This document shows positions 55,317 through 64,000 of a stretch of DNA of 64,000 nt, piece after piece. A program made the position numbers and the translations under genes. Under the pieces are notes generated by a model. It searched no databases, was not told the origin of the DNA, and saw only the letters and a list, made by a program, of their open reading frames with translations. The DNA is from Candidatus Latescibacterota bacterium (GTDB taxonomy: Bacteria; Latescibacterota; UBA2968; GCA-2709665), in the NCBI GenBank assembly GCA_963667175.2, contig CAXXXF010000014.1, positions 288,001 through 352,000 on the forward strand, in the 5' to 3' direction. Position 1 is the stretch's first letter, and each line of letters starts with the position of its first letter.

Positions 55317-58300
55317 TCAGGCGCCTTCCCGTTTCAACGCCGGCAACAGCGGCGTCCTCAGCGCAACCAGAACCCCCGCGGTACCGGCAGCCAGGCCCGC
55401 GCTGAAGATAAGGCAAAGCGTGGTCAGCAACGACGCCCACGGCAGGCCGCCGGAGGCATGGGGCACGGTTGTCACGATCGCCGCCGCAACGCCGATTGCC
55501 ATGCCCCGCCACCATCAGGAATCCGTTCTCCACGCAAAGGAGTCCGCTCAGCAGCGCCCGGCGAAACCCGAGCGCCCTCAGCGCCGCCAGCTCGGCACGC
55601 CGTTCAACGACGTTACGCACCATCACGATCCCAAGTCCGATCGTCCCCAGGAGCACGCCCAGCCCGCCCAGCGTCTGAAACGTGGACAGGTACGTATTCT
55701 CCACCGTCCGGAAATGCGCGAGCCTGGCAGACGTCGGCGTCGCATCGAGACCGGCGTCCTGCAACCGCCGTTCCAGGAGGGCGCCAGTTTCTCCGGGCCG
55801 GTCGGTCTCCACAAGGAAATACCCGTACCCGCTCCGATCGGGGAAATGCGCGGTGAAATTCGCCTCCGATACGAGCAGTTCACTCTGGAAGATGCTGTGC
55901 TTCAGCAGTCCGACGAGCCGCAGCCTGACGGTCTCGCCCGTTTCCGTCTGCATCGGGATCTCGTCGCCCCAGCTTCTTGTGGAGAATCCAGGTGACCGAG
56001 TTCGCGTCGCCAAATGCGGGAATCACGCCGGGCTCCGCCTGCCGCGTCAACAACGTCCACGGCGCCTCCGCCTCGTACAGCAACCGATCGAACGCGAAAC
56101 CGCCCCGTCGAATCAACGTCTCGGGCACGCCCAGAACCCGGGGATGACGCGGTCTGTAGAGATTCAGGCAACTCACGTCTTCACCGGGCAATACGCGAAA
56201 CGGCATAATTCGCGCCCCGTCCAGAATCCGGGCATCCTCCGCGGAAAACCCCAGCTCGAAACGCCCGTCCGTCGAACCGGGATCGTGGTAGAGCGGCGCA
56301 TCCGTTTCGGCGATGAGCTGAAATCCGCCCCCCGCCCGACGTCCGGCTGTTCAGCGCATCGCGGCCGGCATCGGTGCGTCGATGGGCGCCAACGGCCACA
56401 ACCACGAAACATGCGCAGGCGATCAGCGATGCGCACAGCAGACTCCGGCCCGGATTTCGCGCGCTGTTCCGCACACCCATCCTCCAGATTCCGGTCACCG
56501 CCGTGCGCCGTTTCCGCTGAAACCAGACGGAGAGCGCGCACAGGCCCGAAATCAGAAGAAATGTCCCGCATCCGAAAAACAGCGCGATCGCGGCTTCGCG
56601 CCCTGCGCGCGGCACACCGGCAAGGCAGGCCGAGGCCAGTCCCAGGCTCGCGATCGCAACCACCTTCAAACGGCGCCCGCTGCCGGCGGCCGCGTGGTGA
56701 ACGGCGCCGGAGAGTAGCGCCCGAACGGGCATCCGGCCCAAACGCCGGACCGTCGTCAGAATCGTGAACAGAACCACAACCTGTGAAATCAGGTACCCGG
56801 CCGCCAGACCGGACCCGTGCACGTGCAGCGCGAGTTCACCGGTCCCGACGGCCGGAGCCCACCAGGTGCGCAGACCCGCGATCATGATCCATCCGTACGC
56901 CAGTCCTCCCGCGAGTCCGAGAAGGCCCCCCAACCCGGTCAGCCAGACCGCCTCGCCCATGAACCGGCGTCTGATCGCGCCCGCGGTAAAACCCGACGCC
57001 ATCAGCACGCCCACCTCATCGGCGCGCTGCTCCACGCCAAGCCGGAAGAGGAGACCCACGAGCAGCGCCGCCGAGACAATCAGAAACAGACTGAAACCCA
57101 CGAACAGCCCGCCGAAGTCGGTGGACCCCGACGAAGCCGCCAGCCCCTGTTTTCTCACGGGCTGAAAGGCCATGCCCGCGGATTCGGGCGGGAGCGCCTC
57201 CCTGAGTCCGGAACGAAACCGATCGGCGGATTGCCCGGCGTCCAGTCCGGGCGCGGGACCCATCCTGACGGACGTCAGGCTGCCGAATCGGCTTCGCCAG
57301 AGTCGTTGCCCCGTGGCGGACGACACGATGGCTTTGGGCGCGGCGCGATAGGCGTCCCAATAGGCTTCGTCCGCTGGTCGTATGCGCGTCAGGTCCACGG
57401 GGAAGGGCGGATCCCAGGCGTGCATGTCTTCCGCGTCGTGAAGACCCGGAAATGCCGGCGTCAACAGGGAATCTGCGCCCAACCCTTCCATGGCGACGAC
57501 GCCCGCCAGGCGTAACGTGACGTGACGCGTGCTCAGTGCTGGTCCGGCTTCGAAATAAGCCAGCTCGACGGCGTCGCCGGTCCCGGCGTGCAGGTCCTTC
57601 GCCGCCCAGGCATTCAGCAGCACTTCCCCCTCGCCGGGGACCGGCCCGGGGCGCCCGTCAGCCAGTCGCAGCTTGCCCACGCTCCCGACGTCCAACGCGG
57701 CAACCGTTGAATAGGGCAGAACGCGATCCCCGACCCGGATCGTATTGGCCAGGTACGTGAGGATCGCCATTCGCGGCATCCCCAGTTCATCCGCGAGCCC
57801 CAGAACCGTGTTCGCCACGTGGGGCTTCAGGAGAAACCCCGTGCTTTCCACCGCGAGGTAATCCGCATCCACCCGCATCGCAAGCCCGAGATCATCCAGC
57901 GTTGCGGCGCGTGTGAGCGCGAGCCCCGGATCGCCGGCGGCCTGCGTGTCCTGCGAAACCAGGAGCATATTCACCCGGCCCGGCAGTCCAAGCGTTTCCT
58001 GCAACAGGGGAAGGGACACGAACGCATTGAGCGGCGTCCGCTGACGCGGGCGCAGACCGAAACGACCCATTCCCCGGTCGTGCACGACACCCGTGAGTCT
58101 GACGCGGACGGTCTGTATCGACTCCGAGATCCCGTCCCGCCCGAACAGAGACTCCCTGTGGACGTCGCCCGGCAGCTCGAACGAAAGCAGGACCGCATCG
58201 CCCACGCGGGCGTTCAGTTCGCTCCGCAGAGACTCGTTGGCGACAAACGGCGTCGCGGCCCCGCGTCGGGCGAGGTCGGGCGCGTTGGCATCGAACAGGC

Positions 58301-58631
58301 CGGCGAACCGGGAATCCACACCCAGAATGGCGACGCGGGAAGCGCGGGTCCCCGCGGTGGCGTGCACCGCCGATCCAGCGAGGGTCACCGCCGGCACAAC
58401 GGTCAGTCCGCCATCCGCCGCCTCGACGTCCCGCGCGAGGTCCGTGCGAAAGAAGCGATCCGAAACGAGGGCGTGATCGATATCTCCCAGGCGGTCGAGG
58501 GTCAGGTCTCTCAGGCTTTCGCGTACCGAGTCGCCCACCAGCAGGGCCCCGGTGAGCACGGCGGTGGCCACGGCCACGCCCAGCAGCACGGACAGATGAA
58601 TTCGCCAGAAGAAGGTCAGGCTTCGACGCAA
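55317..58631 (-). pseudogene. Large FtsX/MacB-type ABC permease broken by three +1 frameshifts (possibly sequencing errors)
   Basis: Continuous protein similarity across four frames; extra G in G-runs near 56330, 55968 and 55505. Confidence 0.75.
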
Positions 58632-59275
58632 GTCCCCTCCCGCAACTCAAGGGTGCGTTCGAACCGTGCTGCCATTTCCGGACTGTGCGTGACCCCGATC
58701 AGGATCGTGTCCTCCCGGGCATGCAGTTCGAATATCAGGTCGCCGATTTCATCGGCCCGCGCCCGATCCAGGCTGCCCGTCGGCTCATCGCACAGGAGAA
58801 GCGCCGGCCTGTTGACCAGCGCTCGAGCCACGGCCGCCCGCTGGCGTTCGCCGCCGGACAGAGCGGCCGGGCGGTGGTCGGCCCGATGCGCGAGTCCGAC
58901 CCGTTCGATCAGGTCCCTCGCCCGGTCCCCGTCGCCGGATCCGGCGTCTCCGGACGCGAGCGTGGGAATCAGCACGTTCTCCAGTACCGAATACTGCGGC
59001 AGCAGATGGTGGTCCTGGAACACGAACCCGATCCCGCGATTCCGAAAGCGAGCCAGCTCCTTGTCGGAAAGGGCGTAGGCATCCCGGCCGTCAATCACCA
59101 CGCGGCCCGACGACGGCCTGTCCAGCGTGCCCAGAACGTGGAGGAGCGTGCTCTTTCCCGATCCCGACGGCCCGACGACCGCCACGGACTGCCCACGTCC
59201 CGTCTCGAACGAAACCTCCCTCAGAACGGACACGTCGCCATACTGTTTCGATACCCGCTCAGCCCGCAGCGTCAT
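58616..59275 (-). CDS. ABC transporter ATP-binding protein (LolD/MacB-like)
   Basis: GPSGSGKS, LSGGERQR, DEPTG. Confidence 0.92.
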   Translation of the reverse strand: MTLRAERVSKQYGDVSVLREVSFETGRGQSVAVVGPSGSGKSTLLHVLGTLDRPSSGRVVIDGRDAYALSDKELARFRNRGIGFVFQDHHLLPQYSVLENVLIPTLASGDAGSGDGDRARDLIERVGLAHRADHRPAALSGGERQRAAVARALVNRPALLLCDEPTGSLDRARADEIGDLIFELHAREDTILIGVTHSPEMAARFERTLELREGTCVEA

Positions 59276-59699
59276 CCTCCCCCTCCTCCGCTTCCTGGAT
59301 CCGGTCCGCGATGGCGCCCGGTATGGGGACGGCGCGGAACGGCTCGCCCGGGGCGCACTCGCAGAACACCGTACTCAACCGGCCCCGGGCAATCCGGACG
59401 TCGCCGCGGCGGAATTCGAACCCGTACGTGATCGAGCTCGTCCCCTTTCTGACGACCTTCAAATGGACGTCCAGCACGTCTTCGAACCGTGCCGGTTCCA
59501 GATAGTCGCACGACGCGCCAACGCGGGGCCACCCCACCCTGCGCCCTTCCCATCGGGTATGCACGCTGGCGCCGAGCGAGCGCAGGAACGCGTGCTCGGC
59601 CGCCTCCATGAAAACGAAAAACCGGGAAAAGTGCACAATCCCGGCCATGTCCGTATCCGAAAACTCGACGCGTCGCGTGGTGCGGAATTCACATGGCAT
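59259..59699 (-). CDS. 4HBT/YbgC-family acyl-CoA thioesterase
   Basis: RVEFSDTDMAGIVHF, P.RFED hotdog fold. Confidence 0.88.
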   Translation of the reverse strand: MPCEFRTTRRVEFSDTDMAGIVHFSRFFVFMEAAEHAFLRSLGASVHTRWEGRRVGWPRVGASCDYLEPARFEDVLDVHLKVVRKGTSSITYGFEFRRGDVRIARGRLSTVFCECAPGEPFRAVPIPGAIADRIQEAEEGEDDAAG

Positions 59700-59741
59700 A
59701 GGGTTTCCTCTCGAGGATGCACCGGTCCCGGCGTCATCCGG

Positions 59742-60242
59742 TCAGGACGCGGGCTTGTAGAGCGTCACCAGGCATCCGCCCAGCGCCGCCAGCACGATCC
59801 CCAACACAAACTGCCAGTTCAGACCGCCCCATCCGCCGGCAGGCGGGTGCATGGCCATCGACACCACCGCGTTTACGACGGGCGCGCCGGCGAATACGAT
59901 CGACATCACCACGGCAGGGGTGCCCCGGGCGCCAAACGCGAGAAGGACCCCGAATGCGCCGATCGCGCCCACGGCGCCGGCCAGCAGAGACCATGTGAAG
60001 CCGCGCGCGGGGAACGACCAGTCCGCGCCGTTCATCCAGAGGACAACCATCGATCCGATGACGGCGGTCAGCAGATAGGCCACGCCCACGAGCAGGAACG
60101 CCTTGTACCGTCCGTTCACCGGATCGGCCATTGCGATCTGCCCGGTATGCAGAAAAATCCCGTACAATCCCCACGACCCCACGGTCATGGCCGCAAAAAT
60201 CAACCACGTGAACCCAGGCGTCGTTGCCTGCTCGGCCGGCAT
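59742..60242 (-). CDS. Five-helix membrane protein (EamA/DMT-like)
   Basis: Hydrophobic; SWG.YG, P.VVMS.VF.GAP.VN. Confidence 0.7.
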   Translation of the reverse strand: MPAEQATTPGFTWLIFAAMTVGSWGLYGIFLHTGQIAMADPVNGRYKAFLLVGVAYLLTAVIGSMVVLWMNGADWSFPARGFTWSLLAGAVGAIGAFGVLLAFGARGTPAVVMSIVFAGAPVVNAVVSMAMHPPAGGWGGLNWQFVLGIVLAALGGCLVTLYKPAS

Positions 60243-60302
60243 AGAATCTCCTCCTTCGTTCTCCGGTCCAAATCGTCGGCGTGACCTCCGTAAACGGACC
60301 GA

Positions 60303-61595
60303 TCATTCCGCGACGAATTCTCGATAGACGTCCAGCATGGCGCCTGCCATGCGCCCGTCGCTGTACGTCCGGTGGACGGTCGCACGGCCCTTTCTGCCCA
60401 TACCTTCCCGGGCCTCCCTGTCCCTCATCATACGAGAAAGGCCTTCCGCAAGCGCCGCCGGTGAGCCGGGATCGACGAGGATCCCTCCTCCGGTCGACTC
60501 GACAAGCTCCGGAAACGCGCCGTGGCGCGGCTGGACCACGGGCGTGCCATTGGCCAGCGCCTCCAGCACGAACAACCCCTTCGGCTCCCGGTACGGCGTC
60601 GGCACGGACAGGACGTGGACGCTGTTCAGGAATTCGATCTTCTGTTCCCGGTCCACCTCGCCCCGGTACTCGAACGCATCGGTTAACCCGAGGGAATCGA
60701 TCCGCGAGACGACCTCCCGGAAATAGGACTTTTCGCGTCCGCCCAGATAACCCGCCGCCAGCAGCCTGACATTCTCCGATCCGACCTGTTCCGCCAGACG
60801 CCCCACGGCATCGGCCAGAAGATGCAATCCCTTCTCGGGCGCGATGCGGGCCATGTACCCGACCGTAAACGGGGTCTCGGGAAGCGCCCGGTCGCCCTGC
60901 CCGTGGCCTTCCAGGCCGATGCCCAGGCGGACCACGCGGAAGCGTTCCCGGGGCGCAACCAGAACCGCTGCCATGGCATCCGCGTACCAGTCGCACGTCG
61001 CCACAAACGCGTCGACGTCGCGCGACCGGTCCCGAATCAGGTCTAACGCCTCGCTTCGATACGGTTCGATCAACCCCTCGAGGAAGACGTCCTCCCCCTG
61101 TACGGAACACAGAACGGGAACGCCCGTTTCCCGCTTCAACTCACGCGCCATGCCCAGAAACATGGAATTCGTCAGATGCACGAGGTCCGGCCGGAGGTCG
61201 TCTTTCAGCCATCGAACCAGCTTTTTCAGTTCCTTCCGCTGGGCGCCATGTTCTCCCTTCAGCATCGAGACCGTAAGCGCGCCCAGCTCGCCGGCCCGGG
61301 TCGAACCGCTGAACCAGGAAAGCGATTTCAGCAGCGTGCGCCCGTTCATCATCCGGTCCACGAATTCCGGCGTGCTGCGAAAAAACGCCAGCTTCTGCTG
61401 CAGATAGACGTTGATTCCACCGTAGAACACCCGGTTGATGCTCGCGTCGGGTCCATCGGTCCGCAACGGCGTGTACGTCGGAATCAGCGTCAGGTCCACG
61501 CCCCTGAGCCTGAGCGCCAGGGCCAGCGTATTGTCGCTGATGCAACTCCCGCAAACCATCCCCGCGGCGCCCGCGGCGATATAGGCAATTCGCAT
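60303..61595 (-). CDS. Glycosyltransferase family 4 protein
   Basis: ARI.PEKG, EP.GL.VLEALA.G.PVV....GAFPE; N-terminal CGSC. Confidence 0.88.
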   Translation of the reverse strand: MRIAYIAAGAAGMVCGSCISDNTLALALRLRGVDLTLIPTYTPLRTDGPDASINRVFYGGINVYLQQKLAFFRSTPEFVDRMMNGRTLLKSLSWFSGSTRAGELGALTVSMLKGEHGAQRKELKKLVRWLKDDLRPDLVHLTNSMFLGMARELKRETGVPVLCSVQGEDVFLEGLIEPYRSEALDLIRDRSRDVDAFVATCDWYADAMAAVLVAPRERFRVVRLGIGLEGHGQGDRALPETPFTVGYMARIAPEKGLHLLADAVGRLAEQVGSENVRLLAAGYLGGREKSYFREVVSRIDSLGLTDAFEYRGEVDREQKIEFLNSVHVLSVPTPYREPKGLFVLEALANGTPVVQPRHGAFPELVESTGGGILVDPGSPAALAEGLSRMMRDREAREGMGRKGRATVHRTYSDGRMAGAMLDVYREFVAE

Positions 61596-61597
61596 GG

Positions 61598-61827
61598 GAA
61601 TTAACAATTGAGAATTAGGAATTAAGAGTTGCGAATTGAGAATCAGGATTTGGCGCTACGTCTGTCCTTCGCGGTCTTCTGAATCGCTGCGAGAAGCCGA
61701 CAAAAGTTTCTTCAGCATCGGAGTGGATGCCAACGAACTCATCTTCGGACAAATAGCCGGTATCTTTCAGTAAACGCAACCAATAGCTGCTTTACAATTC
61801 TAAATTCTCAATTCTTAATTCTTAATT
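61598..61827 (-). mobile_element. Degraded four-helix-bundle protein (23S rRNA IVP-like) element with inverted heptamer-repeat flanks
   Basis: Minus strand 61788-61643 reads SYWLRLLKDTGYLSEDEF..IHSDAEE / LCRLLAAIQKTAK..*; flanked by (GAATT.r)n at 61598-61643 and (.AATTCT)n at 61795-61827. Confidence 0.75.
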
Positions 61828-63083
61828 TCATTTGCTTTTTCAAAGTGCGCAACGTCCTCGGGCAGATCGCACATCTTCCCCATCGGTCCGAAGATCGGGG
61901 TGACGTCGTTCATGTAGATCTTCCCGCTCAGGATGTCCACGATGCCGTCCAGACACTCCGGATGGGCGTCGAGGAATCGGCTGAAGCTGAATTCCTTCGC
62001 GTAGAATGCGTACACCAGCTTTCGTATGGCTTCCATACCGGGAATGAACGCGTCGCCCCAGCTGCCCAGCCGTTCGGCTGAGAAATCGTCGTTCACAATG
62101 GCCTCGTGAATCGCGTCGGCAGCCATCTCGCCCGATTTGAGCGCCAGGAACACGCCGGACGAATACACGGGATCCAGGAACCCGTAGGCGTCTCCAACCA
62201 GCACCCAGCCGTCTCCCGAGACCGAACGGGCCCGATAGGAGAAATCGCTGGTCACCTTCATGGGAAACAACTGCCGGGCGCCTTTCAGCCGCTCCAGCAT
62301 CGGCATGCATCTCTCCAGTTCCTCCTGGAAAATCTCCTGGCGCGTCCCCGCCCGCTGCCGCAGGAGATAGTCCAGGTCTCCAACCACCCCGACGCTGACA
62401 ACGTCCCCGGCCAGCGGGATGTACCAGAACCACGCGTCCTTCGTGGTGGTGTGGAGAATCAGGGTCGCCCCCTCGTCGATCCCCGAGTCTCTGGACGCGC
62501 TCGCAAAATGCGTAAACAGAGACGCCTTCCTCAACGTGGGCTCTTCGGTCTTGATCCGGAGCTTGCGGGAAATCAGGGCGCTGCGGCCCGTCGCATCCAC
62601 CACCACGCGGGACGGGAGGTCGCGCAGGCAGCCGTCGCCGTATCTCGCCCTGACGCCGACCGCCCGATCCCCTTCGAAGAGGACCTCCTGAACGGCGGCC
62701 CCCTGCCTCACGCACGCCCCTTTCTCGCGGGCGTTTTCCAGCATCATCCGGTCGAACTCGCTCCTCAGCACCTGCCACGTGACCGAACTCTCGTGCGGAT
62801 CGTGTCGATGGAAGTAGAAAGGCGCCGACCCCCGGCCCGATGCGCCGAAAAACTGCACGCTGTACTTCCTGACGAACGCGCTCTTCTTCAGTTTTTCGAG
62901 GACGCCCAGGCGTTTGAACGACCAGTAGGTTCCCGGCATCAGCGACTCGCCGATCTGAAACCTTGGAAATCGCTCGCGTTCGAGCAGCAGGACCCGATGA
63001 CCATACCCGGCCACCAGCGCCGCGACCGTACTTCCTGCAGGGCCGCCGCCGATCACGATGACGTCGTAGGGATCTGAACGCAT
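61815..63083 (-). CDS. Flavin-dependent halogenase-family oxidoreductase
   Basis: GGGPAG FAD motif, FPR..IGES, WFWYIP (WxWxIP), GDA.GFLDPVYSSGV. Confidence 0.85.
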   Translation of the reverse strand: MRSDPYDVIVIGGGPAGSTVAALVAGYGHRVLLLERERFPRFQIGESLMPGTYWSFKRLGVLEKLKKSAFVRKYSVQFFGASGRGSAPFYFHRHDPHESSVTWQVLRSEFDRMMLENAREKGACVRQGAAVQEVLFEGDRAVGVRARYGDGCLRDLPSRVVVDATGRSALISRKLRIKTEEPTLRKASLFTHFASASRDSGIDEGATLILHTTTKDAWFWYIPLAGDVVSVGVVGDLDYLLRQRAGTRQEIFQEELERCMPMLERLKGARQLFPMKVTSDFSYRARSVSGDGWVLVGDAYGFLDPVYSSGVFLALKSGEMAADAIHEAIVNDDFSAERLGSWGDAFIPGMEAIRKLVYAFYAKEFSFSRFLDAHPECLDGIVDILSGKIYMNDVTPIFGPMGKMCDLPEDVAHFEKANEIKN

Positions 63084-63092
63084 TCGATCTTC

Positions 63093-64000
63093 TCAGTTGC
63101 GATGGTCCGTAAACCGTTTCGCCTTCAGTTCGAACCTGGGCAGCGTGTTCAATTCGACCGCACGAACCCCGACGCGGAACCCCAGCGTCCGTCTTGCCTC
63201 CCGCGCCACGGCGCCGGCAACGGCGTCCGGTGAGTCTCCCTTCGCTTCCAGGCGAATCTCCATTTCGTCCAGGGCGCCGCGACGATAAATGTCGACCGCG
63301 AACTCCGTCACTTCGGGAAAGGTCCTGACGACGTTCTCAACGGCGCTCGGATAGATGACGACCCCGCGTATGATGATCCCGCCGTCGATACGGCCGACCA
63401 CGCCGTTCTCCAGCCGGAGGAACCCGGACCCGCAAGGGCATGTCCCTTTCGCGCGCGTTACGCGGTCGCCGGTGCGGTAACGGATCACCGGCATCCCTTC
63501 GCGCCCCAGGTTCGTCAGGACCAGTTCCCCTTCATCGGCCTGCTCGCCGGAATCCGGATCGATCACTTCGCAGATGAACTCGGCCTCGTTCACGTGCAGG
63601 CCGTTCCTGGCCCGGCACTCGAACCCCCAGGCCCCCACCTCGGTGGCGCCGGCGTGATCATAGCACCTGGCGCCCCAGGCTTCCTCGATCCGCCGCCGCG
63701 TCGCCGGCAGACCGGCCCCGGGCTCCCCGGCGTGGATCGTGGCGCGGATGCTGGAGGCCGCGATATCGATCCCCTCTGCTTCGGCCACCTCGGCCAGATG
63801 CAGCGCGTACGTCGGCGTGCAGATCAGCACCGTCGCCCGGTGCTCTTCGATGGTATGTAGGCGCTGGACGGAGGACATCGAGCCGCCCGTAATGGCCATC
63901 GCACCGATCATCCGCGCGGCTTCATGCGCCGTCCAGAACCCGATAAACGGGCCGAACGAAAAGGCGAAGAATACACGGTCCTCAGCCGTCACCGCGGCGC
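63093..64000 (-). CDS. Phenylacetate-CoA ligase (PaaK)-like adenylating enzyme, 5' end outside the window
   Basis: TPTYAL, AGEPG, DH.G.TE, GELV.T.L.R...P.IRYRTGD, GR.D. Confidence 0.87.
   Translation of the reverse strand, partial: AAVTAEDRVFFAFSFGPFIGFWTAHEAARMIGAMAITGGSMSSVQRLHTIEEHRATVLICTPTYALHLAEVAEAEGIDIAASSIRATIHAGEPGAGLPATRRRIEEAWGARCYDHAGATEVGAWGFECRARNGLHVNEAEFICEVIDPDSGEQADEGELVLTNLGREGMPVIRYRTGDRVTRAKGTCPCGSGFLRLENGVVGRIDGGIIIRGVVIYPSAVENVVRTFPEVTEFAVDIYRRGALDEMEIRLEAKGDSPDAVAGAVAREARRTLGFRVGVRAVELNTLPRFELKAKRFTDHRN

Overview
GC-rich bacterial chromosomal window. The gene content suggests an FCB-group organism (Latescibacterota/Gemmatimonadota-like), but this is inference only. 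It has three parts. (1) 1-17.5 kb, housekeeping: lolD, lysS, prfB with a +1 frameshift, lolA, ftsK, a lamin-tail protein, a VWA protein, tsaD, a small Zn-ribbon protein, an XPB helicase, a DGGGP-synthase-like UbiA, ligA and tRNA-Ala(GGC). (2) About 17.5-42.2 kb, a defence island with no integrase. It is built on a type I RM locus (hsdM ... hsdS ... hsdR) whose intergenic spaces hold many cargo genes: TA modules, orphan antitoxins, a TIR plus membrane protein pair, and PD-(D/E)xK and GIY-YIG nucleases. The cargo blocks are separated by diverged remnants of the hsdM 3' end and the hsdR 5' end. HsdS carries an N-terminal MNT domain and an in-frame DUF559 nuclease bounded by perfect 26-bp inverted repeats. 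Solo, nested copies of that repeat and of other palindromic repeat families are scattered through the island, including in-frame inside hsdM and hsdR. (3) 42.3-64 kb, metabolism and transport: PhyH dioxygenases, a lactonase, a CoA-transferase, a carboxyltransferase, a TAXI-TRAP transporter, and a minus-strand cluster of CoA ligase, flavin-dependent halogenase, GT4, thioesterase and ABC exporter. Top candidates for new biology: the DUF559/palindrome mobile element, the RM-anchored cargo-accretion array, and the halogenase cluster.
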